Shown: one piece after another, positions 29,254-38,350 of the stretch
Numbering within the stretch: the first letter of the stretch is position 1
Layout of the letters: each line of letters starts with the position of its first letter
NCBI GenBank assembly: GCA_016213895.1
Contig: JACQZJ010000058.1
Coordinates: 1-46,564, forward strand
Source of the DNA: Planctomycetota bacterium
GTDB lineage: Bacteria > Planctomycetota > B15-G4 > JADJEK01
Length of the DNA: 46,564 bases
Direction: 5' to 3'
The notes under the pieces: generated by a model
Told to the model about the DNA's origin: nothing
The model's database searches: none
What the model saw: only the letters and a program-made list of their open reading frames with translations
Translations under genes and position numbers: made by a program

Positions 29254-29376
29254 CGAAGAAAAGTCGAATATGTTGACCTGCTCGTTCAGACGGCGGGGTG
29301 CCCGGATGCGGGGACGAGAACCGGCCCAGTTTCTTGCCTGGCTTCGCGTAGCTGGCGGCCAGTCGCCAGCAAGAGC

Positions 29377-30549
29377 CTACCCCCCGCCGCCGAGCACGTG
29401 GAAGCGGGCCTCTTGGCCGCAGCGCTCGGCGTACTCGGCGCCGAGGGTCGCGACGAGCGCCTGCTCGGCGCCCTTCCGCGTGAGCGCCAGCACGCAGCCG
29501 CCGAAGCCGGCGCCGGTGAGGCGCGCACCAAACGTGCCAGGAAGCGCGCTCGCGCGCTCGGCGAGGAAGTCGAGCGCCGGGGTCGAGACCTCGTAGAGAT
29601 CGCGGAGCGAGCGGTGCGATTCGCGCAGCAACCGACCGCAGGCCGCGAGGTCGCCCTGCTCGAGCGCGGCGACGAAGGCGAAGACGCGCTCGATCTCCTC
29701 GACCACGTGCCGCGCGCGGCGCAAGGCCGCGGGCTCCATGTGCGCGGCAGAGCGCTCCAGGTCGCCGGGCAAGACGTCGCGCAGCGAGACGACGTCCGCG
29801 CGGCGCCTGCAGAGCGTCGCGAGCGCGGCCTGGCACTCGGCCACGCGCTCGTTGTAGCGCGAGTCGGCGAGAGAACGCCGCGTGCCCGAATCGATGATCA
29901 CGAGGCTGGCCTGCTCGGAGGGCAGCGCCACGTGCCGGAAGGAGCGGTCCCGGCAATCGAGGAGGAGCGCGTGGCCGGGCTTGGCCACGGCCGCAGCCAT
30001 CTGGTCCATGATGCCGCAGGACACGCCGGCGTACTCGGTCTCGGCGCGGAACGCGACCTGGGCCAGGTCGACCGGCGACAGGCCGAGGTGGAACAAGTCG
30101 TTCAGCGCGCGCGCGCACGCCACGAGCAGGGAGGCCGAGGAGGAGAGGCCCGCGCCGACCATCAGGTTGCCGGCCACGGCCAGGTCGAAGCCGCCGATCT
30201 CCTTCCCCTGGTCGCGTAGTGCGCGCACCAGGGCCAGGGGGTACTTCATCCACCCCGCGTCCGCAGCCGCCTGGCCCGCGCCCAGGTCGGCGGCGGCGAG
30301 GTCGAACGTGCCGCGCTGGCCCTCGTTCCAGCTCGCGAGGCGCACGGCGAAGGCCTTCCCAGCGCGCGCGGCCGCCCACGTTCCCAGGCCGAGAGGCGCC
30401 GGCAGGACCGGCCCCTGGTTGTAGTCCACGTGCTCGCCGATCAGGTTCACCCGGCCCGGGGCGAAATGCACCCGCTCCGGCGGCTCGCGGGAGAAGGCAC
30501 TCGCGAACAGCGACCGCAGCTCTTCCTTCACGGCTCGACTCTCTTTCAA
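29377..30549 (-). CDS. galK: Galactokinase (GHMP kinase)
   Basis: 'APGRVNLIGEHVDYNQG' galactokinase signature, GHMP ATP motif 'GAGLSSSASL', and 'GARLTGAGFGGC'. Confidence 0.85.
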   Translation of the reverse strand: MKESRAVKEELRSLFASAFSREPPERVHFAPGRVNLIGEHVDYNQGPVLPAPLGLGTWAAARAGKAFAVRLASWNEGQRGTFDLAAADLGAGQAAADAGWMKYPLALVRALRDQGKEIGGFDLAVAGNLMVGAGLSSSASLLVACARALNDLFHLGLSPVDLAQVAFRAETEYAGVSCGIMDQMAAAVAKPGHALLLDCRDRSFRHVALPSEQASLVIIDSGTRRSLADSRYNERVAECQAALATLCRRRADVVSLRDVLPGDLERSAAHMEPAALRRARHVVEEIERVFAFVAALEQGDLAACGRLLRESHRSLRDLYEVSTPALDFLAERASALPGTFGARLTGAGFGGCVLALTRKGAEQALVATLGAEYAERCGQEARFHVLGGGG

Positions 30550-30631
30550 GGAGAAGGGTCTCGTGGTATCGTGCCATGCTCGCGCGCCCGCCGCGATGCG
30601 GCGTGCGGCGAGAAACGACAGATCGCACGCG

Positions 30632-30708
30632 GTGGGTGTAGCTCAGCTGGTGAGAGCGCCAGACTGTGGCTCTGGAGGCCGCGGGTTCGAACCCCGTCAC
30701 TCACCCCA
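30632..30708 (+). tRNA. tRNA-His(GTG) with a genomically encoded G-1 at 30631
   Basis: Manual fold: (G)GTGGGTG-TA-GCTC...anticodon loop CUGUGGC (GUG)...TTCGAAC...CACTCAC-C-CCA. G-1 opposite discriminator C73 is the His identity element. Confidence 0.85.
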
Positions 30709-30812
30709 TTCCTCGCGAGCGGGGGCCGGGTCCGTCAGGGCCCAGGCCCCCGCTGCCTTTCGCGGCCGGCTTGACGCGCGGCCGCGGCAGGGTACAGTCG
30801 GCGGCCTGACGT

Positions 30813-30889
30813 GCGCCCGTAGCTCAACCGGATAGAGTATCGGGCTTCGAACCCGAGGGTTGCAGGTTCGAGTCCTGCCGGGCGTGCCA
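30813..30889 (+). tRNA. tRNA-Arg(TCG)
   Basis: Manual fold: GCGCCCG-TA-GCTC...anticodon loop CUUCGAA (UCG)...CGGGCGT-G-CCA. Near-identical backbone to the Arg-TCT gene at 27371. Confidence 0.8.
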
Positions 30890-30993
30890 ACCTCTCCCGC
30901 GCGCGGCGTGGCGCCGCGCCGTTCTTGACATCCGCGGCCGGGCGGGTAAAAGGTGTCGTTTCACCTCAGCGGTGAGACAAGCGTTGCTGGGAC

Positions 30994-31069
30994 GCCCTCT
31001 TAGCTCAGTCGGTAGAGCAGCTGATTCTTAATCAGCGGGTCGAAGGTTCGAGTCCTTCAGAGGGTACCA
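30994..31069 (+). tRNA. tRNA-Lys(CTT)
   Basis: Manual fold: GCCCTCT-TA-GCTCAGTCGGTAGAGC...anticodon loop UUCUUAA (CUU)...GGTTCGAGTCC...AGAGGGT-A-CCA. 76 nt. Confidence 0.85.
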
Positions 31070-32868
31070 GCGCTTCCTCCGGCCGCGCTGCCTCGTGCGC
31101 CCTGCAGAGTCAGGGTAAAGCCCGCCCCGCGCGTCCACTCCCGATCGAACGCCAGGTCGCCCCCCATGCCGCGCGCCAGGCGCCGGCAGAGCGCGAGCCC
31201 GAGGCCCACGCCGGGCTGCGTGCGCGCCGCCTCGCGCGCCGACTTCGAAAAGGGACGGAACAGGCGCCGCCTCTCCGAGGGCAGGATGCCCGGGCCGAAG
31301 TCGCGCACGCGGAAGGCGACCTTCCTCCCGGCCGCGGCGACCTGGACGAGGATGCGGCGGTCGTCCGAACGCGCCGCGTACTTGCACGCGTTGTCGACCA
31401 GGTTGAAGATGATCTGCTCGGTCGCGGCCACGTCGGCCCGCGTCAGGCGCTCCCCGATCTCCGCGGGCATATCCTCTTCCACGGTCATGCCGGCGAGCGC
31501 CGCGCGCTCGGCCACGCGCTCGCGGAAGCGTGCGAGGAGCGCGCTCACGCTCAGGACCTCGCGCCGCTCCGCGGCCGGCCGGACGTTCTCCAGGCGCGAG
31601 AAAGCCAGCACGTTCTCGACCAGGCGACCCAGGCGGCCGGCCTCCTTGCGCATGGTCTCGAGGTAGAGCGCCTTCTTCTCCTCGGTCTTGATGCGACCGT
31701 CGAGAAGCAGCTCGGCGTACATGTTGAGCGTTGTCAAGGGCGTGCGCAGCTCGTGCGTGACCGCGGACACGAACGCGCCGCGCCGCTCGCTGAGCAAGAG
31801 GACGCCGCGCAGGAGCACGGCCGCCGCGGCCGCGGCCACGAGCAGCGAGCCGAGCGCCAGGTAGAGCGAGAAGCGCACCGGAGAGGTCCCCTGCGCCACG
31901 AGCCCGGCCACCTCGCCGGGTACGAGCCGCACCGGCAGCGAGGCCAGCTCGAGCCCCTCGCCCTCGCTGCGCGCGGACAAGACCGGCACGACCTCGGCGT
32001 TGGGCAGCAGGTCCTCGATGCCGCTCAGGAAGCGCTCGCGGATGGCCGGCCAGTCCAGCCAGCACCCCTGCACCGTGGGTTCGCCGCCGATCATCACGGG
32101 CCGCGCCAGGAACAGGCCCGAACCGCACCAGTACGGGCGGATCATCCCCTCCTCGGCCGCCACGGCCGGCAGGCCCGCGCCTTCGAGCTGCTGGCTCGCC
32201 ACGCGGTCCCAGCGCGCGGCGAGCTGCGCGTCGCGCACGTGGCGGCGGCGGCTCTGGAACTCGCGCAGGTTGAAGAAGAGCGTGGAGGCAGGAGCGCTGG
32301 TCAGGCCCGTGCCCGCGGCCGGTCCCGTCTCCCCGGCGAGGCTCAGCTCCTCCTTGACGATGACGCGCGAGAGCGACTCCTGCTTGAAGAGCGCGCGCAG
32401 CTTCTCCAGGCGGCGTTCGCCCTCGGCGATGACCTCGCCTGCGCCGAAGCGGCTCTCGGCCAGGGCGCGCAGCTCGAGGCTCTTCGGCACGTGCGGCGAG
32501 GAGAGCGCGCTGTCCGGCAAGATCGAGAAGTGCATGATCGTGTACGGCACGAAGTGCGTGAGCAGCGGCGAGGCCTCGACCTGCGCGCGGCCCGCGTCGC
32601 TGCGCGACAGGTCGGTGAAGCCGCGCTCCGCGGCGTAGAGCGCGTAGTAGTGGTAGGCGGGACGCGCGGCCTCCTGGACGATGAGCTGCTCGACGGCGTA
32701 CTCCATGCGCCACAAGGCCTGCAGCGCCAGCTCCTGGACGCGCTCCTGGCGCCGCAGCTCCGCCTGCGCCTGGTCCAGCTCGAGGATCGTGGCGTGGATC
32801 CAGCGCGCGGCCCAGAGGAGCAGGCCGAGGCTCACGGCGAAGACGAGCCACACCCGCCAGGGCTTCAT
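31057..32868 (-). CDS. Sensor histidine kinase with a periplasmic sensing region and an HisKA + HATPase_c core
   Basis: N-terminal TM helix, a second TM ('LYLALGSLLVAAAAAAVLL'), an H-box 'VTHELRTPL', an N-box 'IIFNLVDNACKYA' and a G-box 'GVGLGLALC'. The 3' end overlaps tRNA-Lys by 13 nt on the opposite strand. Confidence 0.85.
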   Translation of the reverse strand: MKPWRVWLVFAVSLGLLLWAARWIHATILELDQAQAELRRQERVQELALQALWRMEYAVEQLIVQEAARPAYHYYALYAAERGFTDLSRSDAGRAQVEASPLLTHFVPYTIMHFSILPDSALSSPHVPKSLELRALAESRFGAGEVIAEGERRLEKLRALFKQESLSRVIVKEELSLAGETGPAAGTGLTSAPASTLFFNLREFQSRRRHVRDAQLAARWDRVASQQLEGAGLPAVAAEEGMIRPYWCGSGLFLARPVMIGGEPTVQGCWLDWPAIRERFLSGIEDLLPNAEVVPVLSARSEGEGLELASLPVRLVPGEVAGLVAQGTSPVRFSLYLALGSLLVAAAAAAVLLRGVLLLSERRGAFVSAVTHELRTPLTTLNMYAELLLDGRIKTEEKKALYLETMRKEAGRLGRLVENVLAFSRLENVRPAAERREVLSVSALLARFRERVAERAALAGMTVEEDMPAEIGERLTRADVAATEQIIFNLVDNACKYAARSDDRRILVQVAAAGRKVAFRVRDFGPGILPSERRRLFRPFSKSAREAARTQPGVGLGLALCRRLARGMGGDLAFDREWTRGAGFTLTLQGARGSAAGGSAGTL

Positions 32869-33575
32869 CCGCCTTTCCCCCGCTTGCTGCCGGGCCTGGC
32901 GAACATGTAACCCTTGCCGCGCACGGTGACGATCACGCGCGGCGCGGCCTTGTCGTCCCTGAGCTTCTCGCGCAGGCGCGCCACGTGCATGTCGATGGTG
33001 CGCGTCTCCACGCCGCGCGGATCGACGCGCCAGACGTTGCTCAGAAGCTCGTCGCGCGAGATGGCGCGTCCGGCGTTCTGCACCAGGTAGCGCAGGAGCT
33101 CGCGCTCGCGCTCGGAGAGGTCGACGCGCCCGCCGTCCGGCAGGAGCACCTCGCAGCGGTTCAAGTCGACGATCGCGCCGGCCACCTCGACGCGCGCGAC
33201 GTCCGCCGGCCGCTCGGCCGAGCGCCTGAGCACGGCCTCCACGCGGGCGAGCAGCTCGCGCGCAGAGAAGGGCTTCACGATGTAGTCGTCCGCCCCGAGC
33301 TTCAGGCCGCGCACGCGGTCGTCCTCCTCGCCGCGCGCGGTCAGGCAGATGACGGGCAGGGTCGGCCGCGCGGCGCGCACGCCCTCGAGCACGGCGAAGC
33401 CGCTCTTCCCGGGCAGGATCAGGTCGAGCAGCACGAGGTCGAACGCGCCCAGGACCGCGGCCTCGAGGCCGTCGTCCCCGTCCGCGGCCTCGTGCGTTTC
33501 GTAGCCCTCGGATTCAAGGAGGTCGACGACTCCCTGACGGATCGCGGCGTCGTCCTCGACGACCAGGATGCGCAT
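32865..33575 (-). CDS. OmpR-family response regulator
   Basis: Receiver domain 'MRILVVEDD...DLVLLDLILPGKSG' and a winged-helix C-terminal domain ('RVIVTVRGKGYMF'). The stop overlaps the kinase start by 4 bp. Confidence 0.9.
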   Translation of the reverse strand: MRILVVEDDAAIRQGVVDLLESEGYETHEAADGDDGLEAAVLGAFDLVLLDLILPGKSGFAVLEGVRAARPTLPVICLTARGEEDDRVRGLKLGADDYIVKPFSARELLARVEAVLRRSAERPADVARVEVAGAIVDLNRCEVLLPDGGRVDLSERERELLRYLVQNAGRAISRDELLSNVWRVDPRGVETRTIDMHVARLREKLRDDKAAPRVIVTVRGKGYMFARPGSKRGKGG

Positions 33576-33779
33576 GACGGTCTCCGGTCCTGCCTGAGCC
33601 GCGCGACCCGGGATGCGGGCGGCAGCTCCGATGCCGCGCGCGCCCCACTCTGGCGCAGGGCGCGCGCTCCGGGCGTAAAGGCACCGTAGCGAGCGCGTCC
33701 GTTCTGCGTCCACAGCGAGCCGCAGGGACCAGACAAGCGCGGCCCGCGCGGCGCGATGAGTGGGAAATGGTTCCCACAC

Positions 33780-34030
33780 GGACCCAAGAAATTCTGCTGA
33801 GTTTTTCGGCAGATGGCGGGATTGCGCTTTTGACAGTGAGCGCGTGTGCTAAAAATGTCACGGGGGACATTTGGGAGGCAGCTCCCAGATTCCCCCACCA
33901 GAAAACGTGAGCCAGGGGTCTGCCCGCAAGGGCAGCTTCTCTTCTCTCCCTTTCCCTAATCCCTAATTCCAAAGAGACCCCCTGGCTCACCTTTCCCCTC
34001 CCCCGGTTCTCGGTCTTCTTCGTCTCGCGC
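33780..34030. promoter_or_regulatory. Low-GC intergenic patch with nested inverted repeats; probable promoter region of the two-component operon and/or a structured RNA or terminator
   Basis: Local drop in GC ('aaattctgctgagtttttcggc', 'tgtgctaaaaatgtcac'). A 15-nt inverted repeat GTGAGCCAGGGGTCT (33907-33921) pairs with AGACCCCCTGGCTCAC (33975-33990) and encloses a CTGCCC-GCAA-GGGCAG GNRA hairpin (33920-33935). There is a CCCTAAT CCCTAAT tandem repeat. Confidence 0.35.
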
Positions 34031-34126
34031 TTGCATGCAGCAGGCGGGGCAGCGCGTCACGCGCGACCCCGCCTGCTCGGCACGGTGCGGACCTTGCGGC
34101 GATCGCCGCCACCCGCGGGCTTCTCG

Positions 34127-35746
34127 TCAATCCGTCTCGGGCGGCTCCCTGCCCTTCGTTCCCGCGGCGCCGCCTTTCTTCGCGCCCCCGTCAGACGGCT
34201 CGCCGCCGCCCTGCTTCGCGCTCTCGCCCGGCTCCGGGTTCACGAGCCGGCCGAAGAACTCCGGCATCTCGACTCCTCCCACGTCGCGCATGATCTGCAG
34301 CATCGGCGGGATGGCGCTGCCCAGGCTCTGCAGGAAGCCCGCGGTCCCGCCCTTGCCGTTGCCACCGTCCCAGACCACGACCTTGTCGAACTTGATGTTC
34401 GAGATCGCCTTGGCCGCGGTCTCCGACAGGTGCTCCATGTGCTCGAGCATGAGCATCTGGAACGCCTCGTGCGAGCCGCCGCACGCCTGGACGATCTCCC
34501 TCAAGCCCATGCCCTTGCGCGCCAGGATCTCGTACTCGCCCTTGGCCCGCGCCTCGAGGCACGCGAAGATCGCGGCCGCCTCGCCCTCCGCCTCGATGCG
34601 CCGCTTCTGCGCCTCCGCCTCGGCGTCGACGATCTGCTTGGCCTTCTCCGCCTTGGCCACGGCCTCGAGCTCGGCGCGCTTCTCGGCCTCCGCTCTCGCG
34701 GCGAGCGCGAGCGCGGCCTTGGCCTGGGCGACGTACTGCGCCTCGAGGACGGCGGCGTCGGCCACGCGCTTGCGCGTCTCGCCGAGCTGGTAGGCCTCCG
34801 CCTCCTTCACCTTGAGCGTGGCGTTGGCGTCCGCGATGCGCGCCTTGGCCTCGTTCTCGCCGGCCACGGCCTTGGCGTTGAAGTCCGCCACCTGCACGCG
34901 CATCTCGCGCTCGGCGTTCCTGACCATCGCCTCGCGCTCGAAGCGCGCGGTCTCCTCGCCGACCATCTTCTCCTTCTCCAGGACGGCAATCTTGACCGCC
35001 CGCTCGCGCTCTGCCTCCTTGGTGCCGATGTTCTGGAACTTCTGGGCGTTGGCGACCTGGATCTCCTTCTCGCGCTCGGCCTCGGCCACGCCGATGGCGC
35101 CCTTCCGCACCTGCTGCGCCACGTCGATCTCGGCCTGCTGCACGGCCTCGGACGCCGCCTTGCGGCCGATCGCGTCGATGTAGCCCGACTCGTCGGTGAT
35201 GTCGGTGATGTTGACGTTGATCAGCACCAGGCCGATCTTCTCCAGCTCGGGCTCGAGGGAGCGCTGGATGCTCTCCAGGAACTTCTCGCGGTCGCGGTTG
35301 ATGTCGTCGATCTTCATCGACGCGATGACCTGGCGCAGCTGGCCGAAGATGATGTCCTCGGCCTGCTTCATGATCTCCTTCGTGCCCAGGCCGAGGAGGC
35401 GCACCGCGGCGTTCTCCATCGCGCCGCCGGTGGTGCCGATGGCCACGGTGAACACGCTGGGCACGTTGACGCGGATGTTCTCGATGGAGAGGGCGCCCTT
35501 GAGCGGGATCTCGATCTGTATGGGATCGAGGCTCAGGTAGGCGTAGTCCTGGATCAACGGCCAGACGAAGGCGCCGCCGCCGTGCAGGCACTTGGAGGAT
35601 TGCCCGGCCCGCACCTTGCCGTAGATCACGAGGATGCGGTTGCTGGGGCAGCGCCGGTAGCGCTTGACCACCATCATCAGGAACAGGAACGCGATCAGGA
35701 TGACCGCGAGGAACAGGAACAGCAGATAGGGATTCCCGGTCGGCAT
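34127..35746 (-). CDS. Flotillin / SPFH (band-7) domain protein
   Basis: N-terminal TM anchor, an SPFH domain and a long Ala/Glu/Lys-rich coiled-coil (EA-repeat) region typical of bacterial flotillins (FloT/YqiK-like). Confidence 0.85.
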   Translation of the reverse strand: MPTGNPYLLFLFLAVILIAFLFLMMVVKRYRRCPSNRILVIYGKVRAGQSSKCLHGGGAFVWPLIQDYAYLSLDPIQIEIPLKGALSIENIRVNVPSVFTVAIGTTGGAMENAAVRLLGLGTKEIMKQAEDIIFGQLRQVIASMKIDDINRDREKFLESIQRSLEPELEKIGLVLINVNITDITDESGYIDAIGRKAASEAVQQAEIDVAQQVRKGAIGVAEAEREKEIQVANAQKFQNIGTKEAERERAVKIAVLEKEKMVGEETARFEREAMVRNAEREMRVQVADFNAKAVAGENEAKARIADANATLKVKEAEAYQLGETRKRVADAAVLEAQYVAQAKAALALAARAEAEKRAELEAVAKAEKAKQIVDAEAEAQKRRIEAEGEAAAIFACLEARAKGEYEILARKGMGLREIVQACGGSHEAFQMLMLEHMEHLSETAAKAISNIKFDKVVVWDGGNGKGGTAGFLQSLGSAIPPMLQIMRDVGGVEMPEFFGRLVNPEPGESAKQGGGEPSDGGAKKGGAAGTKGREPPETD

Positions 35747-35749
35747 TTC

Positions 35750-36334
35750 TTACTCCTCCTCCTCGAGCGCGGCGACCTCGAACGTGTCTTCGGCGGGCAG
35801 CGCCATGACCTTCACGATCTTCCCGGTCGGGAGCTCCGCCCCGGCCGTCATAGCTTTGACTTCCAACGTCCGCCCCTGGATCGCCACGGTCACCTTGCCG
35901 CGGCCTGAGTTCCGGGCCGGAATGGTCAGGTACACCTTGGCGGCCGAGCCGATCGCGTTCCTCAGGTCGATGTTGCCCGAGGACTGCAGGCGCGAGAGGC
36001 CGGCCATCATCCAGGCGACGATGTAGAGGGCGGCGCAGCCGGCCGCCACGGAGATCACCACGGTCGGCGTCTTCCCGAGCCCGCCCTTCAGGCTCGCCAG
36101 GCCGGCGAGGCCGAAGAAGGTGAGGAACGCCACCAGCGTCTTGAGCGACAGCACCTTGAAGAACGCGTCGCTGGCGCCGGCGTGCGCGTCCATGTCCGCG
36201 TCGAGGTGGACGTCGGCGCTGGCGTCCACATCGGCGTCCGCGCCGCTGTCCGCGCCGCCGATCAGCAGCAGGATCACCTGGAGCACCAGGAGGCTCCCGC
36301 CGATCACGGCGCAGTAGAAGTAGAGCGTTTCCAT
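35750..36334 (-). CDS. NfeD-like (YuaF/YqiJ-type) membrane protein partner of flotillin
   Basis: Multi-TM N-terminus plus a C-terminal OB-fold-like soluble domain ('GKVTVAIQGRTLEVKA'). It sits directly upstream of flotillin, which is the conserved pairing. RBS GGAGGG before the ATG at 36334. Confidence 0.7.
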   Translation of the reverse strand: METLYFYCAVIGGSLLVLQVILLLIGGADSGADADVDASADVHLDADMDAHAGASDAFFKVLSLKTLVAFLTFFGLAGLASLKGGLGKTPTVVISVAAGCAALYIVAWMMAGLSRLQSSGNIDLRNAIGSAAKVYLTIPARNSGRGKVTVAIQGRTLEVKAMTAGAELPTGKIVKVMALPAEDTFEVAALEEEE

Positions 36335-36531
36335 GGCTTGTTGGATCCCTCCGCTCGAACCAACACGAGAGGGCGTCTGCCCGGCCTGGACCGCCCGCCT
36401 CGGGCCTCTGAACTCCGCCAGGCCAGCTATCCTACTTGCCAGGTTGGATTCGATTCCAAGAGACTGAGACAAAACGGGGGGCCGGCCCAGGGCCGGACCC
36501 CCGCTCGATCGGGTCGGACTGCGCGCTCCTG

Positions 36532-37944
36532 CTACGGGAACCAGATGGCGCCCGGCGCGCCGAGCTGCTCCGGGATGGGGAAGAGCGCGTTCCCCGGGTC
36601 ATAGGCCTGCCCGACCAGCACGTAGGGCGAGATGCTGTGGGTCAGCGTGCCCTGCAGGACCGCGACGCCGTTGAAGTCGGTCGGCAGGAAGAAGACCAGG
36701 TTCCACCCCACCGGGTAGGTGAAGATCTCGGGGTAGATCTTGCCCCAGACCTGCAGCGCGGTGGGCTGATTGCCGGGCGTTCCGGGGAAGACCTTCACCA
36801 GGAAGAGAACGACCGAGTTCGGCACGCAGTTGCCGACGTCCCACTCGACGAGCGTCTCGCCCGGATACGCGATCTCGCCGTCCGGCACGTCCATGGCCAG
36901 CGGACGCCCGGTGTCGCCGAGCACGGTGAGCGCGCCAATGCCGCCGCTCATGGATGCCAGGCCGTACTGGAAGAGATCGGGCGTGGGTGCGCCGAGAGGA
37001 GCGCCGAAGCTGGTCACGCCGAAGGCGCCGCCCGCGTCGGTGGTGAACACCACCGGACCGAGGCTCTCGCCGGAGAAGAAGAGGTTCGGGTGGGCCTGCC
37101 CGTCGAGGCCGATGAAGGTCTTGCCCACGGTGTCGATCGCCAGGCAGCTCAGGTCGCCGACCGCCGAGGCGGTCAGCAGGCCGGCGGTCACGATCATCGC
37201 GTCCACGTCCGCCTCGTTGAGCAGAAGCACCGCGGAGCCGGAAACGACCGCCGTCACCACGCCCGCAGGCGAGTAGGTCAGCGCGCTGCCCGGGATCATG
37301 ACCACGCCGCCGTCCCCCACCAGGACGGTGTTCACCAGCTCGTCATCGGCGAACGACAGGTAGACGTTGCCGTTGTCGTCCTGGGTGAACGCGTCGGTGT
37401 TGGCTGCGTCGCCGAGGCCCTGCCCGATCGCCGCCAGGATCTGCGCCTCGGAGAGCACGACTTCGATGAAGTCGCCCGCGGCGAAGCCGGGCACGAAGCG
37501 GAAGATCGAGCCGTTCGCCACGCCGGCGAAGGGGTCGCTCGCCGAGTAGACGTACTCGTAGACGGTGCGCGTCACGCTCGGCTGCACGGGCACGCGCAGC
37601 AGGTCGATCGCGTCGATGCCGCCCAGGATGTTCTCGAAGTGGTCGCCGTCGCCGTCGTGGTCGCCGAGCAGCACGTTGATCGTGGCGTTCGTCAGGATCT
37701 TCTCCGCGGAGAAGGTGAACACGGGCTGGAAGTGCACCACGTCAGTCGGGCCGCAGGTGCCGAGCGCGGTCCCGCTCGACCCGGACGAGGTGAGGGCCGT
37801 GCCGTTGGCCACGTAGATGATCCCATCGGGTCCGGGAACGACGATGTCGGCGCGCGCCGCGGTCGCGAGCGCGCACAGGATGCCGGTTGCGAGGATGACG
37901 CGAGATGTCTTCACGCTGATCCCTCCAGGGTGTGCAGGAGCCAT
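36532..37944 (-). CDS. Secreted hypothetical protein of about 470 aa
   Basis: Signal peptide 'VKTSRVILATGILCALATAARA|DIV'. Gly/Thr/Val-rich with beta-rich-like composition and a 'DHDGDGD' motif. No family recognised. Alternative GTG start at 37914. Confidence 0.6.
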   Translation of the reverse strand: MAPAHPGGISVKTSRVILATGILCALATAARADIVVPGPDGIIYVANGTALTSSGSSGTALGTCGPTDVVHFQPVFTFSAEKILTNATINVLLGDHDGDGDHFENILGGIDAIDLLRVPVQPSVTRTVYEYVYSASDPFAGVANGSIFRFVPGFAAGDFIEVVLSEAQILAAIGQGLGDAANTDAFTQDDNGNVYLSFADDELVNTVLVGDGGVVMIPGSALTYSPAGVVTAVVSGSAVLLLNEADVDAMIVTAGLLTASAVGDLSCLAIDTVGKTFIGLDGQAHPNLFFSGESLGPVVFTTDAGGAFGVTSFGAPLGAPTPDLFQYGLASMSGGIGALTVLGDTGRPLAMDVPDGEIAYPGETLVEWDVGNCVPNSVVLFLVKVFPGTPGNQPTALQVWGKIYPEIFTYPVGWNLVFFLPTDFNGVAVLQGTLTHSISPYVLVGQAYDPGNALFPIPEQLGAPGAIWFP

Positions 37945-38350
37945 GCCGCCAGGTTCTCGGGGAGTGCAAGCCGCCAGGCAGCCACCCCGCCGCCTTCCGG
38001 GTAAGCCGGAGTTCGATCCGGACGTTGGACGCGGACCGCTCCAGCCGTGTTCCGGCTTCGTGCGCGCAATCGTACCAGGCAGTCGAAATCCCGCACACGG
38101 ATTCGACCGAGCCGCCCGAGTCGCGACGGCACGGTCGCACGTTGGCCGCGCGGACCGTCGCGGGCGCCGCCGAAAGGCCCGGCCAGGCGAAGTAAACCGG
38201 CCCTTAACAAGAGCTTGACGCGACGTCGCGTTTCGCTTCGCGGACGTTGCGACGGCCCGGCGCGGGATCCCTGACGGCAGCGCGCGCGCTTCCACCGTGC
38301 GGGTGTTACACTGGCGCACACCCAGCACCGCAACGGAGGCGCACACCCGA

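Noticed and set aside
1060-33940. Recurring 'cgcaaggg' (C-GCAA-G tetraloop-like) motif at 1073, 2697 and 33925
   Set aside because: Back-of-envelope expectation for this 8-mer at 70% GC on both strands of 46.5 kb is about 3-4 occurrences, so three hits are not significant. Only the 33920-33935 instance forms a clean hairpin.
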